Source: Felis catus (taxonomy: Eukaryota). From it: 64,000 bases of DNA. The stretch lies in assembly GCF_018350175.1 (NCBI RefSeq), contig NC_058368.1:146694001-146758000 (forward strand), in the 5' to 3' direction. The first letter of the stretch is position 1, and the number at the start of each line of letters is the position of its first letter. The translations under genes were made by a program, and so were the position numbers. This document shows, piece by piece, positions 26,747-39,754 of the stretch. Under the pieces are notes generated by a model. The model saw nothing but the letters and a program-made list of their open reading frames with translations. It did not search any database and was not told the DNA's origin.

Positions 26747-26874
26747 CATCTGCATACCAAAGGACTTACTCTAAGAAATACTTTAAAAATTCCTCATCAG
26801 CAAAGGACAATTCAATAAATACATCAAAACATGATCACCGTTGGAGCCGGAGGTGGCAGGAGTCCAGGCGCTGA
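26747..26874 (+). CDS. VCAN: Versican last exon, coding part (basic C-terminal tail)
   Basis: ttccatgtag|CA; (P)[41 protein letters not shown] then TGA at 26872-26874. Confidence 0.98.
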
Positions 26875-27250
26875 CCCCCCAAATGGCGAACATGTGTTTT
26901 CATCATTGCAGCCAAAGTCCTAACTTCCTGTGCCTTTCCTATCACCTCGAGAAGTATTATCAGTTGGTTTGGATTTTTGGACCACCGTCCAGTCATTTGG
27001 GGCTGCTGCACTCCCAAAACATTTTAAATGAAAGTATTGACATTCAGTAAGAAGGCTAACAACATGAAAGAAAATGAGGGCAGAAAGTAACCGTTTCCAG
27101 CCTATCTAATTTCTTTAGTTTTCTATTCGCCTCCAGTGCAGACCATTTTATAGTGTATACCAGCATACTGTACTATTTAAAAAGCTCAATTTCAGCACCA
27201 ATGGCAATGTAAATAAGATGATTTAATGTTGATTTTAATCCTGTATATAA

Positions 27251-27256
27251 AATAAA
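27251..27256 (+). terminator. Candidate proximal polyadenylation signal
   Basis: AATAAA directly preceded by TGTA (27242), with GT/T-rich sequence downstream. Confidence 0.55.
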
Positions 27257-28211
27257 AAAGTCACACTGAGTTTGGGCATATTTAATGATGATTATGGAGC
27301 CTCAGAGGTCTTTAATCATTGGTTCGGCTGCTTTTTGTAGTTTGTTTAGGCTGGAAATGGTTTCATTTGCCCTTTGTCAGCAAGACCGAGGACGGCTTTT
27401 CCTAGACAACTAACAAACACAAGGTCTTATAGGTCACTGCACCACGTCAGCCTGAAGTGCAGTTTGCTTCCAAGCGGTGCTGAAGCCTGGCTAATAGGAT
27501 CCTGACAGAACTAGGGACTGCACCGTGGAACTCCTCTTTGCTGCATTCCTTTCTCTTCACTTACACGAAAGGCCTGAATGGAGGACTTTTCTAGGACCAA
27601 GAGCATTTTTTAGGGGTCAAAGTGCTAATTATTAACTCAACCAGGTCTCCTTTTTAATGGCTTTCATAACACTAACTTACAACGTTACAGATCAACACAT
27701 TTCAAATGGATACAGACCTAAGGGTTATGGAGGGGGGTGGGGATTGTTAAAACAACAACACGCATTCAAAGAAAGAAATTTTGTATATATAACCATTTTA
27801 ATCTTTTATAAAGTTTTGAATGTTCATGTATGAATGCTGCAGCTGTGAAGCATACATAAATAAATGAAGTAAGCCATACTGATTTAATTTATTGGATGTT
27901 ATTTTCCCCCAAACCTGAAAATTGACATTAGTGTGCTAGTTATTTTTCAGTGTTAGCCTTTATGCTTCCCTCACACAGTTTGGGGCCATATAATCTAGGT
28001 ATTTTGTCCCTGATTAAATAATGTGATGGATAGAATGCATCCAGTGTTTATTATGAAAAGAGTGGAAAATGTATAGCTTTCAGCAAATGGTGTTTGCCCA
28101 TTCTAAGCAAGGAGCTACAGAGAGAGTGTGGGCATTTCTTCCTATTAGGTGGAGTGTACATGTTGACATTTCTCCCTGTTTCTTCCCACTGTGTTTTCTC
28201 CCCTTTATTTG

Positions 28212-28217
28212 AATAAA
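28212..28217 (+). terminator. Candidate distal polyadenylation signal (others at 27859, 28351)
   Basis: AATAAA hexamer in the 3' UTR. Confidence 0.45.
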
Positions 28218-28959
28218 GTGACTGCTGAAGATGAATTTGAATCATTATCCACTTAATTTAATGTTTAAAGAAAACCCTGTAGTGGAAAGAAGGCATTTAG
28301 GAGCCATTCCCTAATTTCAGTTAGAACAACCTTGAGGAGAATAGACAACAAATAAAATGCAAAACGAGCAGACCCAACGTGGATTCTTGTTCGCGAAACC
28401 TCCTTTGGCTCAGAAGGAACAACAGTAGCTACCATCATTCTCTGTGGCTTTAAGTAAGTTCCTTGGTTGTCACACTGTGATCCACCTTTAGGTGTTCCAG
28501 AGCACAGAATGACAGTGTCGACCTATTAGGTTTTAATTTTCCTCTTTCTTTGCAATGCACACAATACGTTCCTGTATTTATATTATAATATGTATAGTGT
28601 AAAATGTGAATGACTGTTGTTTTTTTTTTTCTTTCTTTCTTTCTTTTTTTTTTGTGAATGAAAATCTAAAATCTTTGTAACTTTTTATACCTGCTTTTGT
28701 TTCACCAAAGAAACCTAAAATCCTTCTTTTACTATGTTGTGACTGGTCTGGTTATTTACAACTTTAAATGCACCAACATTTTTACACCCTAGTTCCATCA
28801 CAAAGTTCAAGCTGCTGGCTTGGATGAACTGATTTTGTGGCTAGCAGAGAAGTGATTATATATGTACCTGTGAAAATTCAGATAGTAATGCTGATAGTGT
28901 TTACATCTACATAGTTACCCATTAATCTCAAATGTGAAAGATGCATTCAATAGGAAAAG

Positions 28960-29400
28960 TGATGGCTCATGTTTACAGAATGCTTCCTATGAACCAGGCC
29001 AAGTGCATCATCTCCCAGCAGCCTGTGAGAGCAGTGCTGTTACTGTCTGATGAATGAGGGATCGGCCGTAGAGAACTCAAGTCCTTTGTCCAAAGTCCCA
29101 TAATTAATTTGTAGTGAATGCAGGTCATTTCCAGAGTCTGCATGATATTCTCAAGAAAAATGTAAAATATTATGTTCCAATTGTTATATGTTTAGGAGGT
29201 TAAATTACTGGCTAGAAGATCCTATCTAAAAAGTGATCAGAAGATTTCAAAAGCATCAAGTTTCTATCCACCCAGACATCCATCCATTTCTTCATTTTTC
29301 ATTCATTCACTCTTAAGTCATTACTATGTGTCAGGCACTGTCCTGGGCCCTGGAGACTCAGCAATGAATGAACTAGACAGATCTCTGCCCACATAAAGTT
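28960..29400 (-). mobile_element. MIR and L2 3' fragments
   Basis: MIR core 28960-29140; cattcattca...tactatgtgtcaggcactgtcctggg L2 tail near 29300. Confidence 0.65.
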
Positions 29401-30394
29401 TTTTATGCGGGGTACATCCCATGGGGATTATTTTAGAGTTTTGTTCTATTCGATAAATTTATGGATAATTTGGAAGAACAAATCCATGATATGTTCTGCA
29501 GTTGTAGCGAAGATATCAGAAAGGGCAAAGGTGAGTTCAAAATTATTTTGAGGTCTCTTTCTTGGAATGTCAAAAATATATGGGAATTGGGCATGAATAG
29601 AATCTCTTCTTCTCTTTGCTGATCTTGTCCTTATAATGTGCAATGCAGTCTGTCATATCTTTTACCCAGAACTTTAAACAGAAATTACCCTGGAGAGTAG
29701 ATATGAATTTGCATTACTTGTGCATGTACACCCTTATTAGATGTTTATAAGCCCATCGGGTATATTTTTATTGATCTAGGTGCAAATAATGGAGTCTGTA
29801 GGATGTTCAATTACCCAGAATACTTGGATGGAAGTTTGAGGATATTTGTACCACTCAAAGTCAGCTAGAGGTGGTTTTCTGTTTCTAAAGTCTAGGTTAC
29901 ATATCAGGAGGAAGAATATGCCCCTACCTCTGGGGGCTATTAAGAATAGGTAGTCTTCCAGAGTAGCTGAAATGGAAAAGAAGTAAGAGATTATATAGGG
30001 AGGGATATATCATTTTAATGTGATACAAAGTAGACCTTTTCTGATCTTAAGTGAATTTTCAATACAGTACAGGAAATAGGAACTGGGTTAGCCTTGAGCT
30101 AATGTCCAAAAGCCATATATCATGTAAAATAAAGTTATGGAGTTTGGAAATAGAAAAACAAATGTAATAGGTTCTGAGTAGATTTTATGCATAACCTGAG
30201 CATGAATGTCTCCCAAGAAAATGATCTACAACAGGGTATATATTTTAGAAGAAGGCAAATATGTCATTATCAAGTGGCTAAAGACTCAACGACGTCAATG
30301 TTTTGTAATGTGTTTCTTTTTTGTGTTTCCTAATATAAATGCAATGAAATCATTTTTGAAGAGAAATGCCCACAGCAATGTTTTATATTTGTAC

Positions 30395-30395
30395 T

Positions 30396-30452
<57 letters not shown>

Positions 30453-30470
30453 TTTCTTCTTTCTTTCTTC
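30395..30470. repeat. (CTTT)n microsatellite
   Basis: Direct reading. Confidence 0.95.
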
Positions 30471-30539
30471 TTATGCTGCAATTTCCATTTGCTAAACAAA
30501 ACAGAATTCACCAAAATGATTCTGTTCTAAAACAAGTCT

Positions 30540-30748
30540 GGGGCACCTGGGTGGCTCAGTCTGTTGGGCTTCCAAAATCGGCTCAGGTCATGATCTCACA
30601 GTTCATGGGTTCAAGCCCCACGTCAGGCTCTGTGCTGACAGCTCAGAGCCTGGAGCCTGCTTCAGATTCTGTGTCTCCCTCTCTCTGCCCCTCCCCTGCT
30701 TATACTCTGTCTCTCTGTCTCAAAAATAAATAAACATTTAAAAAATTG
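30540..30748 (+). mobile_element. CanSINE
   Basis: ggggcacctgggtggctcagtc head; TSD TAAAACAAGTCT at 30528-30539 and 30749-30760. Confidence 0.95.
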
Positions 30749-31894
30749 TAAAACAAGTCTAAATAGAAAGTTTTTAAAGGTTGTTGAGTGAGTCACTCAA
30801 GATTGTATAATCTTTTTCCCATTATCACTCATTTCTGTATGTTTGGATCCCAGCTGGACAAGAAAGAGCAAATGCCAAACAAGAACAGAAATGGGTTTTG
30901 TTGAGGTGTTTACAGAACAAGCAAAGCTTGTGCTTTCGTTAAAATTTAATGCTGAGTTCTGTCTAAGCCTATCACATGATCCCTGCTGAAGATTAAAGTT
31001 TATTGCCTTAAAGCAGGAAGTCTTAAATGATTTTTGATAGTGTTTACTCTAAAATAAAAATTTAAAACTTATATGCCCATCACATTTTAAGTTGTCAACA
31101 AAAACATTTTCATCACAAAGTCAAATAGTTGTAAAGGATGTTATATTTGGCATATTTTAAATATTGCCATTCTAAAATAAACAAGTAACATTACTCTTTT
31201 AAATATGTTTAGTGGAATCTAAATACCATAGTGGTTTCATACCTATGATTATCCATTTAAAACATGCTTGAAGATTGCTTTTAACAATCAGGCATTTTAT
31301 ATTTTCTTTTCTTGTTTTTGGACTTGTTTTCTTATTTCAGTTTCCCCCTTGGAATTTTATCCAAATATATATTTATGTGCTTGGTAATCTTCTACTGACT
31401 TAGCTATCAAACATATATACATCAAAATTTATATTTAAAAGTTAATTAATTTTTCTTGTGAACATAAAGGTATAAAAGTTTAAAATCTCTTGTATTATCA
31501 TTATAATTTTCTTATATACAATTGATCAAAACAATATTACACTCTTACAAAACTTAAAAGATAATTATACAAGTTGTAGAATTTTATTAGAAATGTATCT
31601 CAATGAGATGATCAGAGCTGTTTTTCCCAGTTCACATTTCTGTGAGTAAATATTCTTAAAAATTAGAATGTGTCATGGCTTAGCATCAATTCTATTCCTA
31701 TTTTATTTTTTATAGATTTAAACACCGAGAAACTTGTTGTCATAGAAGGAAATGATAGAAATCATAATTTTATTATGCAATGCTACTCACTATTTTTTTA
31801 CCTCTTTCTGAATTATATGCCAAAAATCGCATAGTGGTCTATCAAAATTATTTTCAATTGCCCTTCAGCTGACATCTCAATGAAGTCTTTCTTT

Positions 31895-32127
31895 TTCTTT
31901 TCTTTCTTTTTTTTTTTTTAGCGTTTATTTATTTTTGAGAGAGAGATAGAGACAGAGCATGAGTTGGGGGATGTCAGAGAGAGAGAGAGGGAGACACAGA
32001 ATCCGAAGCAGGCTCCAGGCTATGAGCTATCAGCACAGAGCCTGACATGGGGCTTGATCCCATGGACCACGAGATCATGACCTGAGTGGAAGTTGGATTC
32101 TTAACCAACTGAGCCACCCAGGTGCCC
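31895..32127 (-). mobile_element. CanSINE
   Basis: Poly-T, (GA)n, ...ttaaccaactgagccacccaggtgccc. Confidence 0.93.
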
Positions 32128-32344
32128 GTCTTATTTATTATTTGTTTTTTTTGTAAGCACCAGACTTAAACATGATTTGATTTGTACATTATCATCAGAA
32201 TAATTTATTCTGATTTGACCTTCTGTTTGCTCATAGTTTTTACATTCCGTGGAAATGCATTCTAAGACTCAAGATGGATTAGAATTGAGTTTGATGTGGT
32301 GGTTGTTTTCTATAATGTGGGAAAAGGTAAATTGTCTGAAGCCT

Positions 32345-32522
32345 TTGATTCTCAAAGCTTGTCCCTGAAACAAAACCTTTAGCACCACATAAAAACTTTT
32401 AAGAAATGCAAATCCTCAGGCCCTGCCCTACTGAATTAGAAATTTTGGTAATGGGGAGAGCAACGTAGGATTTCACAAGCACACCAGATGATTCTGATCC
32501 ATTCTAAAATTTATGAGAACAG
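32345..32522. mobile_element. MER5A-like element
   Basis: ttctcaaag...agaaatgcaaatcctcaggccc...tactgaattagaa...gatgattctgat...tgagaac. Confidence 0.7.
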
Positions 32523-34109
32523 ATCAAGGAGATGCAAAAGTAGAACCAGCAGCCTCCACCACAGACACCTTAGACAGATGAATTTTAGGAAAGAGGCCAA
32601 ATCATAATTCAAGTTCTGGAAATTGCTTCCCTTTATGTGCCCATGTACCCTTTGGGAAGTCTTGGGGTAAGCAACCCTGGTTTGGAGACTACTGCTTTAA
32701 GATACACAGTCCTTCAAGTACTTGAAGATTTTTAGTACACTATCTATCCATATTTATGAGCATATATGTCTTACCAGTCTGGTGATGATTACTATGCAAA
32801 CTTTGAATGGACCTCTGGTTTTACAAGAAAAAGTGAGATAACCTTTCTCTGAAGAAAAAGAAAAAAAAAACCTGAATAAAGCAGCATAATTTAAAACATT
32901 AATTCCTTAAAGGATAGACCTAAAACAAAACCTGAAAGGCAGGAATTAAAAACTACATTATTCAATGAATCATTCTGATGGCAGATTTAAAAACTGAGAA
33001 ATAGAAGCAAAGAAGATATATTGTAACTTCTCAGCAACAGTCATTCATGAAAGGGAAATTCAGATTCATTGGGGAGCCCTAAAAGAGGCATACGTGGGAC
33101 AATCATTGGGATTGAATTGATCTCTGAATAACTCCAGTTCCTAAATCAGATCACCCCTCCCCTGCCCTTTAGCAAAATTGAACACACCAGTCATTCAATA
33201 ATACGCAGTAAGCCCTTCCCATGTGCCACGCAGTATGCTAGATATTGGGAACAAACAAGACAGGTCAAGTCTCTGTCCTTTATAGACCTTACAGTCATGG
33301 GAAAGATTACCAATGGCATTAAAACAGGAAGAGGTCTGATTTCTCAAAATGCTGTTGCCAAAGCCTCCATTCACGGCCATCTCTTTGCTCTGCCCTCCAT
33401 CTTTACCTGATTCTACTCATAACCACGATCTTAACTACGTCCTACATTATGGTAAATTCCATATCTCTTTCTTTTGTGTGATGGGTATGTACCCAGTTGG
33501 CTGGATTTTGTAGGTACAGTAATGTCCACATGTCCCAAATTGAACCAGTGTCCACACCTCCCACTAACCATCTGCACATTGTTGTTTTAAACTAGGAGTC
33601 TAAGAGTTACTCTGCACTCATAATCTAATGCTCATATTCACTCAAGGATTGAGTTCTATTAATGTTACCTCTGAAAGTTTCTCACATCCATCACCTCTTT
33701 TCCCCAACTGTCCTCAATACCTCATATATTATTGTCTCTAGATGCATTTCTTTCAAAATCATCTTTTAAACTATGATATTCTTTCAAGTATGCAAATAAG
33801 AGCTTGGCATTCTCCAGCTCAAAATTCTTCAGAACCTATGACCAACAAAATAAAATCAAATTTTATATGCATAGAAAAATGCTTTGGGAAAACAAAACAA
33901 AACAAAAAACCCTGTTCTAGGTATTATGTGCTTAAGAAGAATGGAAAAATTGATATTTATCTTAAGTAAATCAATCATTAAATTTAAGTTTTTTTTTTTT
34001 TTTATTACATCAGTTTTGCCTCCTGTTTAGTCTCTGATAAAAAGTCAGATTTCCCTTGTACTAGTTGTGCACAAGGCAGGAATGGAAGACTAAAAATGCT
34101 ATCTGACTT

Positions 34110-34580
34110 AGTGGGACATAGGTTCGCCCCTCCAGATACACTCTCCACCCTTCTCTTCCTGCTTTGTGACCTGTGAAATTGACTATACACACTGCTCCCA
34201 CTGGGTTCCGCCATGAGGAGCAGTGTTAGGAGATCAGAGGGAAACAGAAGGGTGACCTCAGTGTGTGTTTCTTCTTGGCTTCTTCTAAACCCTGTAGGAT
34301 TACCATAGGCTGCCTCTATTCCTCAATAAAGTCACTAGCTTCTACCAGGCTCCATCTCCACATCCCTCCTCTGCCTCCTCGTTCCCAGCTGTTCTCTCAT
34401 CTTGACCAGTCAGGACTAGAGGAGTAAGACCTCCCCACTATTATTGGCCCAGGGGTATTGCCCTATAAATTGTGATTTCTTTAAGCTGCCCACCTTTAGA
34501 AATAGTCCCTTTATTCAACTGTCTATAACTTATCCAATTTGATTGTGTCATCTGTTTCCTACTGGATTTCTGACTGACAG
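34110..34580 (+). mobile_element. Old ERVL solo LTR (LTR33-like)
   Basis: 3' end aaatagtccctttattcaact...tgtgtcatctgtttcct...ctgactgaca matches LTR33-type termini. Confidence 0.7.
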
Positions 34581-35809
34581 AGTGTTTTAGATGTATCTCT
34601 TTAGGGAAATTATGTAAGTGACCCAGTTCACATCAATCATAGGATGGGCATGCTACATTACAGTCTGGAACCCTATATGATGGTTTCTTTGGGTTTCTTC
34701 TGTAGCATCTCATTAGATGCTTTTATGAGTTTATAGCTTTAGTTCCTTCCTTAGAACCACTAAACACTAACCACGTGATTGTCGCAACTGCCAGTCATTT
34801 TTGTGCCTCAGCTGTGCATAAAAATTGCCACACGGCAATTGATTGGTCCTGAGGTTGTATTCTCTGCCTTAAATTTCCAAAATGAAGAATGATACTCCTC
34901 AGCTTGAAATCACAATCAGGTATGGTTTTCAATGCTTGTCTTATAGTTGGGAGTGAAGAATAGAATAGGAGTCACGTTATAAACGTGCATAACAATTTTC
35001 TCTGAGACTACACCCCAGTATTTTTGAAGCCTTATGGCCATATATGGGGAAAGTGGAAAGAGTAGGGAAGGGAGGTTATTTTAAAGCTGCCAGCCCATTT
35101 TATTTCTTGGATAAAGGCACGCCTTTATCTTTCAGTGAAGACTATTTTCCCCCTTTGATTTAGGAGGACCCATTCCAGTGGGTCTTTGAGTTCTAGGAGT
35201 TCAGGACAAGTTCCTACTTTGGAATGGATTGGTAAAAAGGAGGAGCTGAGCTGCTCTGCATTTAAAAAAATGATGTTATTTTCTTCTTCTGTAAAATGTT
35301 CTATTTTTAGAGCAAACTTTTACATTAAGAAATATTCTGTTTATTTTCTCTGGGGTACTGATTCCAAGGAGTGGAAAATTATTGGCAGAAGGGCTTCCTC
35401 TGTTGAAGAGGGAAGTTGGTTTCAGCAATCTGGTGGCAGATGTACTGAAATTAAGGGAACCTGTAGTAGAGATCGGTGGAGGAGCCTATAAACAATGGAA
35501 GTAGTCCAAAAAGTACACAGTTTGGTTTCTTGACTATGTGAGAATTCTTTACGTGTTCTCAAGTCTTCAGGATAGTTTTGTTAAGGCTTAAGGGACCTTT
35601 TCAGAAGCAAAGGATGGACCTTATCGTCGCTGGGGAGGGATGGGGAAAGATCAGCTGTAGTCCTAGTTGGTCACATAAAGATGGTGTGATGTGCTCTGGC
35701 GCCATATGCTTGGTACCAGACTTGCTGGGGGCACAGTGACACACAGAGTAGATTTATGAAACAGGCCAGTGTGCCAGGAATGTTTGGGGAAAGGATTCTG
35801 CTAAAATTT

Positions 35810-35872
35810 ATATAGATATAGATGATATAGATATAGATATAGATGATATAGATATAGATGATATAGATAGAT
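35810..35872. repeat. Compound (ATAGAT)n repeat
   Basis: Direct reading. Confidence 0.9.
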
Positions 35873-37019
35873 TTTTTTTTCAAGTACCATGTGGTGTTAG
35901 GAATATTGTATTAGCACCAAAAGGAAGTGCAATTTTTTAAAACTAAGCTTAGGAGCATCTATTTTACATAGGCTTTCTTATAAGTAGTATTTTCAATGCT
36001 TACTATGTGGCAATACTTTGGACTTTTAACTTTGAGTCTTTTCTCATTCAAATATGACATAAATTAACAGATACTTTTATTTTGTATAAGGATATGTAAG
36101 GCAAAGGTGTAATTTGGGAATTTAAAAATGAACATCAGAAGCAAGATAAAAAGGTAATCCAGCAAAATTTCTGAAGAATGAGGGTAAGACAACAATATCA
36201 TGGTTTTGTAAAAGGATTTAGGAAAGAAAGACTATTTGCTGAGGTTTTAGAGGTTGTACTACTTTAGGTAGGGCCAAAATATGTCATTAACAAGTAGGCA
36301 TTGGAATCTGGTGAGGCCCTGATGATGAAAGATAGAAAGAAGATTAATTATAATTAAGATTAAATATAATTAAATTAAATTATTAATTATAGCGTTTAGC
36401 ATCCACAGTTAGGGAAAAGAAAAATACTATCAAGCATTTGGACTAAAAAGAGAAGACAATTGCCCTGAAAAAACAAGCTATAGTTGAAGCTTACTAGCAA
36501 TGAGACAAATAGTTGCTTGGGAGTTTCTGGTTGTGTAAGGACAAAAAAAAGTTGGAGTGATTTTTTTTTTTTTTAATTAAACGCAGGTTTGAAAACACAA
36601 AAATAACAGTCCTGTCCATCTGCAAAGGAGGAGATTCAGGATAGAGACTAGACCAAAGGATGACAGATGCTGAAGTAACAGAAGGAATGGGCTGGAAATT
36701 ACATCTGGGCTGCAAAGAGCCTGGGCAATGAACATGCATGGAATCATTACCAGAATCCTAACTCTCTCCAGCAGACACCATGAGGTATTTGTTAAAATAT
36801 GTCTTTGCTCTTTTGTTGTTAATTTACTACCTATGTAATCAGTGCTCATTGTAAATGTGTTGGAAAAATACAGAAAAGCATAAATAACAAAGAAAGTGTT
36901 CAAGAGAATATTTGCTTGAGGTTACTATTTTTAATGCACATGGCCCCAAAGAGTGTTCAATAACTAACTGCAGAAGGTACTATTTATTGGGTGCCACTCA
37001 CTCTCCTAAGTGTATTTCC

Positions 37020-37340
37020 ATCTGTTTCTTCTCACAAGAACATGAGGGCAGGGACTTTCTTTTCTGTCTTGATCATCACTATGTTTCAAACACCTGCAAT
37101 AGTGTCTGGCCTGCAGCCGGCACTCAATAAATATTTGTTAAATGAATGACTAATTTATGAATGAATATAATGAATGAATATTTGTTAAATGAATGACCTC
37201 CCTCAATATTCACATCAATTTTACTGTCATTCCTATTTACTGATGGAGAAACAGAGGCACAGGGAGGTTACAGTGGCAGTCCCAAGTCACTTAGCGCATG
37301 AGCTAGGATGTACACCCGGAAAGTCTGACTCTGGAGCTCA
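37020..37340. mobile_element. L2 3' end followed by MIR
   Basis: gagggcagggact...ggcactcaataaatatttgttaaatgaatga; then actgatggagaaacagaggcacagggaggtt. Confidence 0.75.
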
Positions 37341-39399
37341 TTAATACACTTGGTTTTTACTCCTTAGGTAGAGGGGGAGCCTGTTGAAATTAAGGTCAGT
37401 AGGATGATGTTAGTAACACCATACTGAAACTAAGACAGAAGCCCCTTACCTCCTTGCCACAGGTGCCATCAAAGACTTAAGTTTTATTCACTGAGCAGGT
37501 TTATTCACTGAGCAGTTCTATTAACCAGCAGCTTCAGAAGCTGAGGACAAAAAAAATTTTTTTTAAAGAAAAGAAAAGAAAGAGAAAGAAAGAAAAATGT
37601 GAAGTTGTTTGTCTCTGTCTCTCAATATTCTGCTCCAGAAATATGCCATCCACAGTTGTCTGCCACCTAAGGTAGTAGCTGAATGGTTTAGGAGGTGAGA
37701 ATTATATGAACTACTGGGATTTCTAGAATATCACACAAGTGAATGCTTAGAAAGATACAGGTGCAATTTATGTTTATATATGCCCACGTTATCAGAGTGA
37801 ATATTAGTGTTATTTTATGCTGGTTGTCAGTACATTGTGACTTTAACTCTTGCCTATTTAACCGAGGTAAAGATTTGCCATTAGAACAGAACCAGAAGTT
37901 GCTTTCCAGGAAGATCTGGGCAAATCTCTATACAACCATTTAATTTGATCCAAGATCTCAAGAAAGTATTGCAGGAAATTTGCAAATACAGCCCACATCA
38001 CAGTAGTGAATTACTGTTATACTTTTACCATGCAGCCTGAGAATGTTGGTGTAAGTATGTGAATATGTGAATTTTTTAAGTAAAAACAGAGATTAAAAAA
38101 AATCCAACTTTTTTCCTTCAAAGAAAATTTAGCAAAAATAATTATGAAAATGATGTGCTCCAAGTTTTCATAACCTTTAGAAATTTCTTTAGGTTTAGAC
38201 TATAAATGTAAAAGTACAAATTGATTCATTTATGCACTATTTTTTTCATGCATTCAATAAATATTTTTTGAGCAGGGACTATACCCCAGGAACTATTCTA
38301 TTTCAGTTCTTCAATTCGTTTCAGACTTTATTACAACAACAGAACAAGGTACTTCTGGTTTTCAGTAGTTGCTCCTGAAAAGTTTGGAAGTTTTCAACTT
38401 CCCAGAAATGATTTGAGAACATCCTACACCTATACTGACATAGTAAAAATATATACTGTCTCCTTCAGGATTAAAGGTATTTTGGAACAAAACAAAAGTT
38501 TGCAGGGAACTAGAAATAGCCTGTGAGTCCAGAATGAAATCAAATATTTGAGGGGAGGAAGGAAGATTTGTACTCAAGCAACAAGTAGTTTGTAATAATT
38601 TTGCGGTAAATAAGGACCTTCTTGAAAACACTGCCTCAAAGGTTTCTTTTAAAGCCATGTCTTCTGCCATCTTGCAAGTAGATTTACAAAGTACTGACCC
38701 GGTTCCAAATAACGTTTTGGCCCAACTTTCTGTACTTATGTCTGCCGGTTCCTTGCTTGGGAGTTGGAAAGCACGTACTTATGATCCAAGCGGGTGAGAA
38801 AATCCCCTGTGTAGCCGGAATACCACCGAAAGATCCTAAGTTAATTCTGCAGAGGGTGCATTGGGGGGTTGTCAGACCACAGGCAATAGTGGCAGAAAGC
38901 CGATGTGGGTGAAATCAGCACGTGTAGATCTTGGCCCCCAACATCTCCATCCATTACGTAAGGGGCTTCTTGAACCTTGGTTCCTGTGGGGTTCAGTTTG
39001 CTCCCATAACATAGCTGGCTCCTACCAGGACCTAAACTTATGTTTAGGATCTGATGGTGTCTGATGCCCCATGAAGGGATAATTCTTGGAAATCAAGAAT
39101 TTTCATTTCACTGAAAACTAAAGGGAAAGGTAGTTTTCCTTTTTGTTCCTGGTGAGGCAGTGAGAAGGCGGAGACCTACCCATCTAAGTCTACCACTGAA
39201 GCTGAAGGAACTATTTTTATGAGAGACTCTGAAACCAAGGTTTATGCAGTGCTGTTGCTTTAGGCTAAAAGGGACAGAATGTGACCTATAGGTAGGTGGA
39301 GAAGGGTGGGGCAAATTAAGTGCCTCTGACACAGTGTGGGCTTCAGGAAATACACCACGGCATTACTGGGAATGTCCAGACACCCCCCCCCCCCACACC

Positions 39400-39430
39400 A
39401 AACAACAACAACAACAACAACAACAACAAA
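39400..39430. repeat. (AAC)n microsatellite after a poly-C run
   Basis: Direct reading. Confidence 0.9.
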
Positions 39431-39754
39431 CAGAAGCTGCTTTAGGAGCTGGGGATACTGTGAGGCCCTTCGAGTATAGACAGAGTTAAGCGTTGGACTA
39501 CTTTAGCTATTTCAGCCATTGTAGTTCACTTTGAGGCTGTGCTAGTGAAAAGGGGATAGATGAGGCCCAAAGCATTTAACTGTAATAGAACCCTTCTTAC
39601 AGTGAGAGCTTGTTCCAAAATGACAAAACTAGAACTCTCTCTTGAAAAAGGAGAACCAGGAGCTCCCTGCTCGGCCTCCCAGGCGTGTGTCATTTTGATA
39701 GCTCATCAAAACGCTTCCAGTTTGCAGCCAACGTCGAGAACCATTGTCTTAGAG

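Larger units (their letters stand above)
26875..28740 (+). other. VCAN: VCAN 3' UTR (distal end approximate)
   Basis: Transposon-free AT-rich sequence after the stop, with several AATAAA (27251, 27859, 28212, 28351), ATTTA motifs and T-rich tracts; first interspersed repeat appears near 28960. Confidence 0.75.

Noticed and set aside
30540..30625. tRNA-like A and B boxes
   Set aside because: Heads of tRNA-derived CanSINEs, not tRNA genes
37130..37515. Direct repeats at 37130/37177 and 37483/37500 as a CRISPR-like array
   Set aside because: Only two copies each in mammalian DNA; explained by L2 tail slippage and a small tandem duplication
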